DNA of 64,000 bases from an uncultured Eubacteriales bacterium (GCA_905199755.1 CAJKHT010000001.1:38812-102811), one strand, 5' to 3'. Counted from the stretch's first letter, positions 9,870 through 20,259 are shown. The notes: a model not told the origin generated them from the sequence alone. Translations and numbers: made by a program.

Positions 9870-11063
9870 TTAAAAGCTGCCCGCTTCAATTCCTGCAATA
9901 TACCCCGATGACCATGCCCACTGCAGATTATATCCTCCGCAGTCACCATCAATATCCAGTACCTCACCGCAAGCATAAAGTCCTTTGTGTATTTTTGATT
10001 CCATAGTATCCGGATTGAATTCCGATGTATCCGCTCCGCCCTTTGTCACCTGTGCATTATTCCACGACATAGTCCCCGTTATGTCAAAGCGCCATGATTT
10101 GATTATCCCGGCTGCCGCATCTATTTCGGAACTATCGAGAGAGGCTGCCGTTCGTGAGAGCGGTGCGGCATTTATGACTTTTAATATTGCCTGTCCGATG
10201 CGTTTATTTAACATTCCCGTAAAAAATTCTTCAAGAGGGCGTTTGGGAAACATCGCCGTTCTGGCATATAAAATATTCTCGACTTCCTCTTTTGAGTATT
10301 CGGGCATTATATCCAGTACGGCATATCGGTTATCATCAAGCCGTGAACTTAATGTAAAAACCGGCGGACCCGAAAGCCCGTATTCGGTAAATAAAATTTC
10401 TCCGTCATCTGAATTTTCTCCGATTGTTAGTCTGCCGTTTACTTTGATTCCCTTAAGCTTTCTGACGATTTCCGTGTTTGTTTTTATCTGAACCAAAGAT
10501 GGCTTGAGCTTTGTTATTCTGTGTCCGAGTGCTTTCAATAATGAATAGCCTCCGCCGTTTGAGCCTAAGCTTGGTGAGGCACAGCCACCGCAGGCAATAA
10601 TAACCTTATCGGCATATCCGCGTTCGTTTTTATACGAAACTATTTCAAAGCCGTTTGCCGTTTTATTAACTTTGCATACTTCAAATTTATTTCTCACCGC
10701 TACACCGTCCTCAGCTATACGCATACGCAAAACGTCAAGCACTGCCGATGCACGGTCGCAGTACGGGTATACTTTCCCTCGTTCCTCTGCTTTATATACA
10801 ATACCGAGTTCCCCGAAAAATTCAAGTGTTTCCTTTACCCAAAAGCGCTTAACGGCACCTTTCACAAAATCCCTGTGTTCACCGTAATAATTGTCGGCAC
10901 AGGCATTTATATTTGTCAGATTGCAGCGCCCGTTTCCGGTAGCAAGAATTTTTCTTCCGACTCTTTCGCTGCTTTCATATATTGTTACGGAAGCACCGCT
11001 TTTTCGTGCGGCAACAGCTGCCGCAAGTCCCGAAGCACCGCCGCCGATTACTGCGATTTCCAT
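9870..11063 (-). CDS. HI0933/BaiN-like NAD(P)/FAD-dependent flavoprotein
   Basis: 397 aa. The N-terminus is IAVIGGGASGLAAAV...GRKILATGNGRCNLTN, and the C-terminal GGYNLQWAWSSG is typical of the family. Confidence 0.8.
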   Translation of the reverse strand: MEIAVIGGGASGLAAAVAARKSGASVTIYESSERVGRKILATGNGRCNLTNINACADNYYGEHRDFVKGAVKRFWVKETLEFFGELGIVYKAEERGKVYPYCDRASAVLDVLRMRIAEDGVAVRNKFEVCKVNKTANGFEIVSYKNERGYADKVIIACGGCASPSLGSNGGGYSLLKALGHRITKLKPSLVQIKTNTEIVRKLKGIKVNGRLTIGENSDDGEILFTEYGLSGPPVFTLSSRLDDNRYAVLDIMPEYSKEEVENILYARTAMFPKRPLEEFFTGMLNKRIGQAILKVINAAPLSRTAASLDSSEIDAAAGIIKSWRFDITGTMSWNNAQVTKGGADTSEFNPDTMESKIHKGLYACGEVLDIDGDCGGYNLQWAWSSGYIAGIEAGSF

Positions 11064-11065
11064 TT

Positions 11066-12214
11066 TCAGTCCCTTACCTCCGGTTCTGCTTTCTTTTTCT
11101 TTCTTGCTTCATACTCGGCAATGCCGTCGGCAGCCACTGTCTGCAAAACCGCCGCCACCGGCACGGATAATAACATTCCCAAAAATCCGAACAGACTTCC
11201 TCCGACGGTTACCGCAACAATTATCCACAGCGGACGCATATCAAGCGACATACCCATAATTTTGGGAGCCATGATATTTCCGTCAATCTGCTGCATAATA
11301 AGCAGCGTAACCGTTGTCCATACCGTTTTCCAGATGCCCCCTGTCAGCAGAATAATAATCTCCGCTATCACAACCGAAATAATAGAACCGAAATACGGTA
11401 TCATATCCATTGCGCCTATAAAAAGCCCCAGAACAACCGCATACTTAACTTTCATTATCGAAAGTGCTATCGTACATGCAATTGCCATAATAATACTGCA
11501 CATCAGTCGGCAATAAATATAACTTGTAAAAATTTCATTTGCGCGGTGTGCATACCGGCATATATTGTCCGCCGTTTCTTTTTTGAAAAATATTCGTATT
11601 ATTCTTATAAGTGCGTTTGTTATTCTTTCCTTATCAAGCAGCATATATATTGACGCTATCAAAGCTATGACCGCCGAAAAAATTCCCGTTGTCATATGGA
11701 ATACGCTTTGCGCGTATTTTCCGATTTCATCGGGGTTTATTTTTCCGATAAAAGCATTTATTGTAGCTGATGCATCTATCGTTTCAGCTTCAAGCAAGCC
11801 AAATCTTTTTACAATTTCAAGATTTTCAATGCGATTTATAATCTCACTTGCATAATTAGGCAGATTTAATGATAATTCCACAATGTTTCTGTACAGTGCA
11901 GGTACAAACTTCATTATTATAAGTCCTGCCGCAGCAAGAGCCATAAGATATATAACAAGTATGCTTATGCCGCGGGCACGTTTTCTTATAAAATCAACCT
12001 TAACCTTTTTTAAAAGCTCCGCTATCTTTTTTGCCGGCAAATTAAGCAGATATGCAATAACAAATCCCCAGAAAAACGGCTTGAATGCATTTAAAACCAC
12101 ACCTATTGCCTTACCTATATTCCCTATATTATCAAATGTTTTGTATACTGCAATTACCGCTATACAAAATATAAATGCAACAATCCATTTGTAATAATCC
12201 TTTAATCTTTTCAC
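11066..12214 (-). CDS. AI-2E family transporter (YtvI/PerM-like integral membrane protein)
   Basis: 382 aa, about 8 TM segments, with GAMDMIPYFG and VPVAAV motifs typical of the UPF0118/AI-2E family. Confidence 0.8.
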   Translation of the reverse strand: MKRLKDYYKWIVAFIFCIAVIAVYKTFDNIGNIGKAIGVVLNAFKPFFWGFVIAYLLNLPAKKIAELLKKVKVDFIRKRARGISILVIYLMALAAAGLIIMKFVPALYRNIVELSLNLPNYASEIINRIENLEIVKRFGLLEAETIDASATINAFIGKINPDEIGKYAQSVFHMTTGIFSAVIALIASIYMLLDKERITNALIRIIRIFFKKETADNICRYAHRANEIFTSYIYCRLMCSIIMAIACTIALSIMKVKYAVVLGLFIGAMDMIPYFGSIISVVIAEIIILLTGGIWKTVWTTVTLLIMQQIDGNIMAPKIMGMSLDMRPLWIIVAVTVGGSLFGFLGMLLSVPVAAVLQTVAADGIAEYEARKKKKAEPEVRD

Positions 12215-12254
12215 AAGCGTTCCTCCGTGTAATGATATTTACATTATACAGCAA

Positions 12255-12281
12255 ATGGGGGTGTATGTCAAACACCCCCAT
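12255..12281 (-). terminator. Hairpin downstream of the 614-aa SLH gene
   Basis: 10-bp stem ATGGGGGTGT / ACACCCCCAT with a 7-nt loop; the U-tract is weak. Confidence 0.45.
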
Positions 12282-12329
12282 ATAAGACAGCCAAGACTTC
12301 CGTCCCGGTCTGCCGTTTATAATTCAAGC

Positions 12330-14174
12330 TTATTTAGCCGGTGTTACTATAACCAAAGCACCGACAAACGCACCGTTTGAGATAGTACCCCTTACGTCAA
12401 CAGTGTCGCCTTCCTTAACGTTGCTCATTTTCATTGTGCTGCCGTCCACACCTATAAACTTAGTGCTGTTTTCCTTGCAGAACACTGTGGTGGTTCCCGT
12501 ATCGCCGTCACCCTGCACGGTAATAAATCCGTAAGATGCATTGATTGCCTTAACCACACCCGTAACGGCACCCGATGTTGTCTGTGTAGAAGATGCCGAA
12601 ATTGCGGTAATTGCCTGACTTTCAACCGTAAGCGTTACGGAATCTCCGACTCTGAAATCATACAATGTTCCCTCTGAACCGTTAATCGTTATCTTTACGT
12701 CATTCGGAATTTCATAGTCCTTTTCCGTTCCGTTTACGCTTATCGTCATAGACGGCTGTGCCGAGATAGTGAGTGATTTTATTATACCGCTCACCTTTGA
12801 AGTCTTTGAAGTTGCCGATACCTTTATTATTTCACCGTACTCGATTGTGAGTGTAACCGTATCTCCGGCATAAATTGAGCTTAAGTCAGAATCAAGCGAG
12901 TTCTTTTTTACCGAAACCTTGCTGCTTATCGGATATGTTTGATTATCATATTCGGAATCCGCATGCGAAATAGTCATTGTAAGTGTCGGTTCTATGGAAA
13001 TATCCTTTACAACAGCGCCCTGAACAGTCGTAGTCTTCTGCAAGCCCGTGATTACATTGACCTCTCCGTTGACAAGATTAAGCTCTATTGAATCATTTTT
13101 ATTAAAGCTTCTTATGGTAGCTGAGGAACCGTCATATGTAATCGAAACATTTTCGGCACATTTATAATTAACCTGTGTTGACTGTCCGGCAGGAATAACA
13201 GCTATGGTTATGACACCGTTTGAACTGCTGTATCCCATGAATTTACCAGTTATTGTTTCATCCGGAACTTCCGAGAGCGTATCTACATAAATAAGCTTTT
13301 TGCCCGAATATGTGAATACCGCACTCATACCGACGGTAAGGTTTGACGGTATCATCTGTACCCCTACCGCGTTCATTACCGTATTATCGTCATAGCTTAC
13401 CGTTTCAGCCTCGGCACCGTCTCTTTTTATGGTACACGTTTTAGCTTCGGTATCCACAGCAACCAGCTTCGCCGTAACGAATGAATAATCCGCCGCATCA
13501 ATTACCCTCTGCAGCATAACCGCTATCTGGCTTCTCAAAACGGAAGTCAGCGGCGAAAACTTATTGCCGTCCATGCCCTTTAAGATTTCCGCATCGGACG
13601 CATATTTTACGTAGCCTGCCGCTGCCTGCGGTATGGTATTCGCATCGGCATAATCAAGCTTTACATTTCCGGCTGCTGCCGCGGTCTTGTCTCCGCCCAT
13701 TGCCTTTGTTATTATAATTGCCGCCTCATATCTTTTCATCGGCTTTGATTTTTCATCATCTTTTAAATATGTATCAAGGTCGGTCTTTTTGAGCACGCCT
13801 CTGTACATAAGATAAGCAATATCGTCCTGTCCCCATTTAAGACCGTATGAATCCACGGTTTCTCCGTACTGCTCCTTTGCCAGCTTCATGATTTCCGCAT
13901 TGAGCTTGCTGCTGCTTCCCATTGCTCTGGCAAACAAAGACAGACATTCCTGACGGGTTACTTCGTTATCCGGACGGTATGTATTATCCTCATATCCCGT
14001 GATATATCCCTCTTCATACATTTTCTGAATTTGTGCCGCACACCAGCTGTACTGTGCATCGGAAATATCATTAAATGAATATTTCGTATTTGCAGCAAAC
14101 GCCGGAACACATGCCGCAGCGGTCATTGCCGCACATACTGCCGCCGATGTAACGAGTTTTGTCAATCTATTCAT
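12330..14174 (-). CDS. Secreted SLH-domain cell-wall protein with repeated beta-rich C-terminal modules
   Basis: 614 aa; signal peptide; three SLH-like repeats (e.g. YITGYEDNTYRPDNEVTRQECLSLFARAMG); GGGGAG RBS. Confidence 0.85.
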   Translation of the reverse strand: MNRLTKLVTSAAVCAAMTAAACVPAFAANTKYSFNDISDAQYSWCAAQIQKMYEEGYITGYEDNTYRPDNEVTRQECLSLFARAMGSSSKLNAEIMKLAKEQYGETVDSYGLKWGQDDIAYLMYRGVLKKTDLDTYLKDDEKSKPMKRYEAAIIITKAMGGDKTAAAAGNVKLDYADANTIPQAAAGYVKYASDAEILKGMDGNKFSPLTSVLRSQIAVMLQRVIDAADYSFVTAKLVAVDTEAKTCTIKRDGAEAETVSYDDNTVMNAVGVQMIPSNLTVGMSAVFTYSGKKLIYVDTLSEVPDETITGKFMGYSSSNGVITIAVIPAGQSTQVNYKCAENVSITYDGSSATIRSFNKNDSIELNLVNGEVNVITGLQKTTTVQGAVVKDISIEPTLTMTISHADSEYDNQTYPISSKVSVKKNSLDSDLSSIYAGDTVTLTIEYGEIIKVSATSKTSKVSGIIKSLTISAQPSMTISVNGTEKDYEIPNDVKITINGSEGTLYDFRVGDSVTLTVESQAITAISASSTQTTSGAVTGVVKAINASYGFITVQGDGDTGTTTVFCKENSTKFIGVDGSTMKMSNVKEGDTVDVRGTISNGAFVGALVIVTPAK

Positions 14175-14539
14175 TGTTTGTTCTCCCCTTTTTACTTATT
14201 CTAACTATAGCAAATCTATCGTTATACATTATATAACGATTTACACTTTTGTCGAATTAATTATAGCATATATATACAAAAACTGCAACACTTTTTACGT
14301 TTTTACCATATTTTTTAACGAAATTTACATAATAGTCACACTTTCGAAATCTTTTTGAAACTTCCAGAACTTACAGCTTGATTTTTCATTCGGTTTCGTG
14401 TAGTATATAAAGCGTGGTCGGTGGTTGACATAAAACAGTTGACATAATTCATCAAGCATCTGTCTCCTCAGCTGTTCGTCTTACCGCCGCACCTTGCAGG
14501 CTATATATAAAGGATAAGGGGTTACCCCGGGAGGTTTTT

Positions 14540-17107
14540 ATGAACAAACTTACAAAAAAGCTTTTGTGCTCCGCTGTTGCGGCAGGAACTCTGCTTTCGG
14601 CAGTTCCGTCATTTGCGGCAATTCCCGCCGATGTTGAGGGTACAAGATTTGAAGAGCCGGTTCAGATTCTTTCCGCACTCGGAATAATGAACGGCGACGA
14701 AAACGGTAAATTCCGTCTTGATGACACAATAATCCGTTCAGAGGTTACAAAAATGGCAGTTCATGCAATGGGACTCGAAAGCGCTGCCGATTCATCAAAG
14801 GGGCAGTCGAACTTCAGCGACGTTGCAGCAGACCACTGGGCGAACGGATATATAAACATCGCCACATCATTAAAGCTTATCGAAGGTGACGGTGACGGCA
14901 AATTCAGACCGAATGATACCATAACCTACGCTGAAGCAATGGCAATTATGATACGTGCAACAGGCTACACGATTGCAGCGAACGACAAAGGAGGATACCC
15001 TAACGGCTATATGTCGGTAGGTACTTCAAATGGCTTTGCCAACAACGTAAAGTGCGGTCAGTCCGAGAAAATATCGCGCGGCAATGTTGCGTATCTCACC
15101 TCAAACGCTCTTGAAGTAAAGCTTATGGAGCAGAAAGGCTTCGGCACAAACTCATCATACGAAATAACAGAAAAAACATTATTAAAGGATAATCTTAAGG
15201 TAACAAAGGAAGAAGGACAGATAACAGCGGTTGAAAAGGCATCTCTTGCAGGTTCTTCATCGCTGAACAAAGGTCAGGTAACACTCGGAAGCACCACTTA
15301 TGACACACAGCTTAACATGAGCAATCTGCTCGGATATAACGTAACAGGCTATATCAAAGAAGCTTCCGTCGGAAATGATGAGCTTATACTTGCATTGCCT
15401 ATAGCAAACAAGAATACCTCGGTTAAAATCGACTCGGAGGCATTTTCAAAGCTGACAGAGAAAAACGGCAATAATGCAATCGTATACTTTACCGATACAA
15501 ACAACTCGAAAACCGCTACAGTTGAACTGGCAAAAGAGCCGATTATGATATATAACGGCAAATATGAAAAGTTTGACTTAAAGCAGCTCGACATGAGTGA
15601 CGAAAACGGTCATCTTACTCTGCTTGATGCCGACAAAGACGGCAAGTATGAAATTGTATTCGTAACAAAGTATGATAATATCGTAGTTGAGGAAGTAACA
15701 GGCTCAAATAAGATTTCGGATAAATACGGAAATGCAGCTCTGAAGCTTGACGATGATGTTGACTATACGCTTACAATGGGCTACAATGAGATTGCTGTTT
15801 CCGACCTTAAGGAATACGACGTTCTGTCTGTGGCAAAAAGCCTTGACGGAGAGCTTTATACGATTACCGTAACAAGAAACCCCATTGACGGCAAGGTTAC
15901 GGCAGTTGACGATACAGGCGTGTATATCGCGGACAATCATTATAAAATCGCGAAAAACTATACAGAATCCGTAAACATCGGTCTTGAGGGAACTTTCTAT
16001 CTTGATGCGGAGGGTAAAATAGCCGCTGTCGACACAACAAAGAGATTAAGCTCAAACTATGCTTACCTTATAAGAGCATACACCAATACAAACACAGATG
16101 AAGCTACAATGTTCAGATTATTCACAAAAGAAGGAAAAGAAGTAACGGTTGAAGCGAACGAAAAGATAAAGTTTAACGGAAAGAGTGGCGTTAAGGCAAA
16201 GGATGCCGTTAAGTCACTCACAGGCGATGATTCGGCTACGGTACGCCGTCTTGTAACCTATTCCGTAAATTCATCGGGCAAGCTTACCGTTCTTGACACA
16301 GCAAAGGATAACACTTCAAACGGTGCAATCGACATTGAAAACTTTACGATGAATTATTCACTTAAGAATGCGCAGTATTCCGCAGCAACATCAAAGCTCG
16401 GAAATGTCAGAATAACAAATGATACTGTTATATTTGAAATCACCGAGGACAGCGCGGATTATTCAATTCGTCAGAAAGACGTATTTGAGGACGAGCAGAA
16501 TTATGATGCCGAAATATACGATATGACAGAAAACTACACCGCAAAGGTAGTGGTTCTGACAAACTCGGCTGTAAAAGCAAATGCAGACTCTTCACTCGCT
16601 GTAGTTAAAAAGATTGTAAAAGCCACAAACTCAGAAGATGAAGAAACAGATATGCTCCAGGCATTGTCCGACGGCAAAGAGGTATCGGTATTCGCGGAAT
16701 CGGAAAACGTACTTGTAAAGGGCGACAGCAAAAAGCTTGAAGCAGGCGACCTTATCCAGTACCGCACAAACTCAAAGGGTGAAATAACAAGCATCAGAGT
16801 TCTCATGGATATACAGAACAAAGACACGGAAAGCTCGGCTGAACCCGTTGAAAACCTTAAAACAGTATACGGTAAGGTTACAAAGAAGTTTACAAACACA
16901 ATCAACGTAACGGTAAACGACGGCGGTATTGTAAACTATGAGCTTCCCGAAAATGTTAAGGTATATGAGGTTGATACAACAATCTCAAAGAATAACATTA
17001 ACACAGCATCGGTAAAGGATATCCAGAATTACGATGCGGATGACAACAACAGAGTGTTTATTAAGCTTTATAAAGATGTTGTTCAAGAGGTTGTAATCAT
17101 CAAATAA
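14540..17107 (+). CDS. Secreted SLH-domain protein, candidate S-layer protein
   Basis: 855 aa; signal peptide ending AVPSFAA; SLH repeats (LGIMNGDENGKFRLDDTIIRSEVTKMAVHAMG; LIEGDGDGKFRPNDTITYAEAMAIMIRATG); GGGAGG RBS. Confidence 0.85.
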   Translation: MNKLTKKLLCSAVAAGTLLSAVPSFAAIPADVEGTRFEEPVQILSALGIMNGDENGKFRLDDTIIRSEVTKMAVHAMGLESAADSSKGQSNFSDVAADHWANGYINIATSLKLIEGDGDGKFRPNDTITYAEAMAIMIRATGYTIAANDKGGYPNGYMSVGTSNGFANNVKCGQSEKISRGNVAYLTSNALEVKLMEQKGFGTNSSYEITEKTLLKDNLKVTKEEGQITAVEKASLAGSSSLNKGQVTLGSTTYDTQLNMSNLLGYNVTGYIKEASVGNDELILALPIANKNTSVKIDSEAFSKLTEKNGNNAIVYFTDTNNSKTATVELAKEPIMIYNGKYEKFDLKQLDMSDENGHLTLLDADKDGKYEIVFVTKYDNIVVEEVTGSNKISDKYGNAALKLDDDVDYTLTMGYNEIAVSDLKEYDVLSVAKSLDGELYTITVTRNPIDGKVTAVDDTGVYIADNHYKIAKNYTESVNIGLEGTFYLDAEGKIAAVDTTKRLSSNYAYLIRAYTNTNTDEATMFRLFTKEGKEVTVEANEKIKFNGKSGVKAKDAVKSLTGDDSATVRRLVTYSVNSSGKLTVLDTAKDNTSNGAIDIENFTMNYSLKNAQYSAATSKLGNVRITNDTVIFEITEDSADYSIRQKDVFEDEQNYDAEIYDMTENYTAKVVVLTNSAVKANADSSLAVVKKIVKATNSEDEETDMLQALSDGKEVSVFAESENVLVKGDSKKLEAGDLIQYRTNSKGEITSIRVLMDIQNKDTESSAEPVENLKTVYGKVTKKFTNTINVTVNDGGIVNYELPENVKVYEVDTTISKNNINTASVKDIQNYDADDNNRVFIKLYKDVVQEVVIIK

Positions 17108-17159
17108 GCATCCGGAAAATCTATCATATCTTCTCACCTTTCACAATTACAATTAATAC

Positions 17160-17182
17160 GCGCCCCGAGTTTCTCGGGGCGC
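17160..17182. terminator. GC-rich hairpin between the convergent SLH and uxaC genes
   Basis: 10-bp stem GCGCCCCGAG / CTCGGGGCGC with a TTT loop. Confidence 0.6.
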
Positions 17183-17193
17183 ACACTCTTTTA

Positions 17194-18417
17194 TCAGAAT
17201 TTAAAATATTCCTTTGCGTTTTTGTAGCAAACACCCTCGACTATTTCGCAAAGTGTTTCCTCGTCATAGGGGTACTCTCCCTCCTCTACCCATTTGCCTA
17301 TCAGATTACAGAAAATCCGTCTGAAATATTCATGGCGCGTATATGATACAAAGCTGCGTGAATCGGTGAGCATTCCAACAAAGCGCGAAAGCAGACCGAG
17401 ATTTGCCAGTGCTTTCATCTGCTCCTCCATTCCGTCGCGGTTATCATTGAACCACCAGCCTGAGCCAAACTGGATTTTACCCGGTACGGGAGCTTTCTGG
17501 AAATTGCCGAGCATAGTACCCAGAACATAATTATCTTTCGGGTTGAGCGTATACAAAATTGTTTTTGGCAGGCTGTCTTTCATTTCCAGCTTATTAAGCA
17601 GCTTTGAAATTCCCTTTGCTATTTCAAAATCATTCACCGAGTCAAAGCCCGTATCCGCACCAAGCTTTTCAAACATTCTCATGTTGTTATTGCGCATTGC
17701 ACCTATGTGCAACTGCATAGTCCAGCCGCGCTTTGCGTATTCTTCACCGAGAAATACAAGCTTGTCGATAATATCATCATTTATTTCGTCAACCGCATGG
17801 TCGGACAGTCTGCATCCGTTTTCATTGAAATAATCCATACGCTCGGTTATATCATTGCCGATATTATCGAGGTCGGGACGAAACGCAGGTATAACCTTAA
17901 CATCAAAATTCTTCAGCTGCTTGTGATATTTCAAATCGTCATACGGGTTATCGGTGGTGCATATTACCTCCACATTTGACATTTTTATAAGTCCCTGTGC
18001 CGAAAATTCATCTTTTTCAAGACATTCGTTCACACGTTCCCATATTTCCTCCGCTGTTTTTTCGCTGAGTGTTTCATCAATGCCGAAATAACGTTTCAGT
18101 TCAAGGTGTGTCCAATGATACATCGGATTTCCGATCATAAGCGGAACAGTCTTTGCAAACAGCTTCCACTTTTCAAAATCATCGGCATTGCCTGTTATGT
18201 ATTCCTCGTCTATTCCGTTTGAACGCATCAGCCGCCACTTGTAATGATCTCCTCCCAGGAACAAATCATATGCATTTTTAAATTTATAATTTTCGGCAAT
18301 TTTCTGCGGCGGAATATGACAATGATAATCAATTATAGGTAAATCCTTCGCGTAACTGTGATACAGTTTTTTTGCCGTTTCATTTTTCAGCATAAAATCA
18401 TCATTAATAAAGCTCAT
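17194..18417 (-). CDS. uxaC: Glucuronate (uronate) isomerase, compact form
   Basis: MSFINDDFMLKNETAKKLYH...IIDYHCHIPPQKIAENYKFKN...GDHYKWRLMRSNG...FGSGWWFND...MLTDSRSFVSYTRHEYFRR. I place the start at M14 of the track ORF, where a GGAGG RBS sits. Confidence 0.85.
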   Translation of the reverse strand: MSFINDDFMLKNETAKKLYHSYAKDLPIIDYHCHIPPQKIAENYKFKNAYDLFLGGDHYKWRLMRSNGIDEEYITGNADDFEKWKLFAKTVPLMIGNPMYHWTHLELKRYFGIDETLSEKTAEEIWERVNECLEKDEFSAQGLIKMSNVEVICTTDNPYDDLKYHKQLKNFDVKVIPAFRPDLDNIGNDITERMDYFNENGCRLSDHAVDEINDDIIDKLVFLGEEYAKRGWTMQLHIGAMRNNNMRMFEKLGADTGFDSVNDFEIAKGISKLLNKLEMKDSLPKTILYTLNPKDNYVLGTMLGNFQKAPVPGKIQFGSGWWFNDNRDGMEEQMKALANLGLLSRFVGMLTDSRSFVSYTRHEYFRRIFCNLIGKWVEEGEYPYDEETLCEIVEGVCYKNAKEYFKF

Positions 18418-18483
18418 AATATTACCTCCATGTAAATTATAGCTTAATTGTAACATTAACAGCAGATATTGTCAATTGTTTTT

Positions 18484-19576
18484 TTACTTTAATTCAGTAG
18501 CCTCCGGTTCTGCAAAATCTCCGAGCAAATCACCGCTTGCTTTCAAAAGTTCTGTAATCGTCTTTGCAAGATACCTTGCTCCGTTTTCGTTGAAATGTGT
18601 CAGATCGCCGTTTGGGTGGCTTTGCAGATAATCCTGATTAACCGCAGCAATCTGTTCCTTTGTGCAATAGTATTGATTTCTTGACTTCTCAAGTCCGAGT
18701 TCTTCAAAATGCGCCCATGACTCGGCATTCAAGTCAAGCAGCGTAACCCCCGCTTCGGCAGCGACGGCTTTCATCGCCTCCGCGCGCTCCAGTACCGAAT
18801 TTGCGGTATTCCAGCGTTCTGTGGGAGGAGTGATAAGCACAGCCTTTGCACCCTTTGACCATGTATCGGTTATATAATTTTTCAGATTTTCCTTGTATTC
18901 TTCAATGGTTGTGTAACGCTCAGCCACCGTTGACTTGTCGTTATGTCCCATGGAAATAAATACATAGTCATTTTCTGAAAGTGTTGCCATTATTCCCGGT
19001 ACGCCGTTGCAGCTGTCATTTTCCTCCCAGCGTCCCTCCGCGCGGAAAGTTTTGGTGCTTCTTCCCGCTTCCGCACAGTTATCGACCGTTAATTCCGTTT
19101 TCTCCGGGGGCATAAAATGTCATATAACAGCCCTTTATGTTCGGAGTACTCGAAAGCCCGAAGTAATATTCTCCCGACCTGTATGCGCCTGTTCCGAGGT
19201 CTATATCGTCATCCATTTTTAAATCATATTCAACAGTAAAATTCTCGCCGTCCGAAAACTGCGCCGCTTTTGCGGCATTAAGCGAAACACCGTAAACTCT
19301 GCTCGCTGTATTGTCAAGCTCGGCAGTCTTACTTCTGACATGGAGATATTTGTTTTCGTTATCCCCGGCAACTTCAGCCGAAAAGGTTTCATCTTTAAAA
19401 TCAACCGTAGTATAAGTCCAGCCTATACTGTCGCCTGCCGTTCCTGCCGAATAACTTTCAAAATTCTCACCCCATACCGCTGACTTTGCCTCGGCTTTGT
19501 GCTGCAAAAGCGGCATGCCCGATACCGTCACAGCCGCACTTACCGCAAAGGCAAAAAGTCTGTTAAAAAATTTCAT
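18484..19576 (-). pseudogene. Secreted SGNH/GDSL esterase (rhamnogalacturonan-acetylesterase-like) split over two overlapping frames
   Basis: ORF 19079..19576 carries the signal peptide and an N-terminal domain. ORF 18484..19113 begins at SGNH block II (NCAEAGRSTKTF), then block III (GHND) and block V (DLTHF). The frames overlap at a C5 run (19106..19110 on +), and I see no GDS block I in any frame. Confidence 0.5.
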
Positions 19577-19688
19577 GTCCGTTCACTCCTTATTTTTATG
19601 TAAAATTTACGCTTATATCTTAGCATTACGGCGCATTTAAAGTCAACGGTCATTATTTCGGATATGAGGTTACTTATTTGGATAATAC

Positions 19689-19727
19689 AAAAAACGCTTG
19701 AAACAGCAAAATTTCAAACGCTTTTTT
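19689..19727. terminator. Hairpin with flanking A- and T-runs downstream of niaR
   Basis: AAAAAACGCTTGAAA...TTTCAAACGCTTTTTT. Confidence 0.5.
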
Positions 19728-19732
19728 GTGAT

Positions 19733-20245
19733 TTATTCATCATGTACAAGAAATTTCATTTTATCCAATGCATCTCTTATTTTATCGAGAGTACTTTCAT
19801 CGGCTGCGGTAACTGTATGATAATGGTATTCCGAGGTGACTTTTTTTAGCGGACTCGAGCGTCCTGATTTCAGACTTTCGATATATTCCGATACATCTTC
19901 ATCGGACGCAATGTTAAGAGCACCCTCTATTTTTCCGTAAATCCTGTGCCAGACAAATACATTTTTAACCACTCCGCCCAGCGAAACTATGGTGCGCAAT
20001 TCCTTTTCTATTTCATTATCGTCATGCACCACCTTAAACACACGTTCCGAGCGCGGCGGCATATTGACAATATAGCCGCGGTTTGTTGAAATGATGGCAT
20101 ATCCCTGTTCTTTCAGCTGCGATATATCCTTTACAATTATCTGGCGCGAAACGGACATTTTATCTGCCAAAGCTCCTCCCGATAACGGTATGTCGCTTTC
20201 TGAAATAAGCTTTATAATTTTCCCGCGTCTTTCAGCTCCGTTCAA
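19733..20245 (-). CDS. niaR: NiaR (YrxA) transcriptional repressor of NAD biosynthesis; HTH + 3H domain
   Basis: 170 aa: RRGKIIKLISESDIPLSGGALADKMSVSRQIIVKDISQLKEQGY. TTG start with an AAGGAGAG RBS; located downstream of nadB-nadC. Confidence 0.85.
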   Translation of the reverse strand: MNGAERRGKIIKLISESDIPLSGGALADKMSVSRQIIVKDISQLKEQGYAIISTNRGYIVNMPPRSERVFKVVHDDNEIEKELRTIVSLGGVVKNVFVWHRIYGKIEGALNIASDEDVSEYIESLKSGRSSPLKKVTSEYHYHTVTAADESTLDKIRDALDKMKFLVHDE

Positions 20246-20259
20246 CTGGCATCTCTCCT

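Noticed and set aside
10875-11516. + strand ORFs of 213, 122 and 62 aa opposite the flavoprotein and AI-2E genes.
   Set aside because: They are antisense shadows with no motifs, and they overlap strongly supported minus-strand genes.
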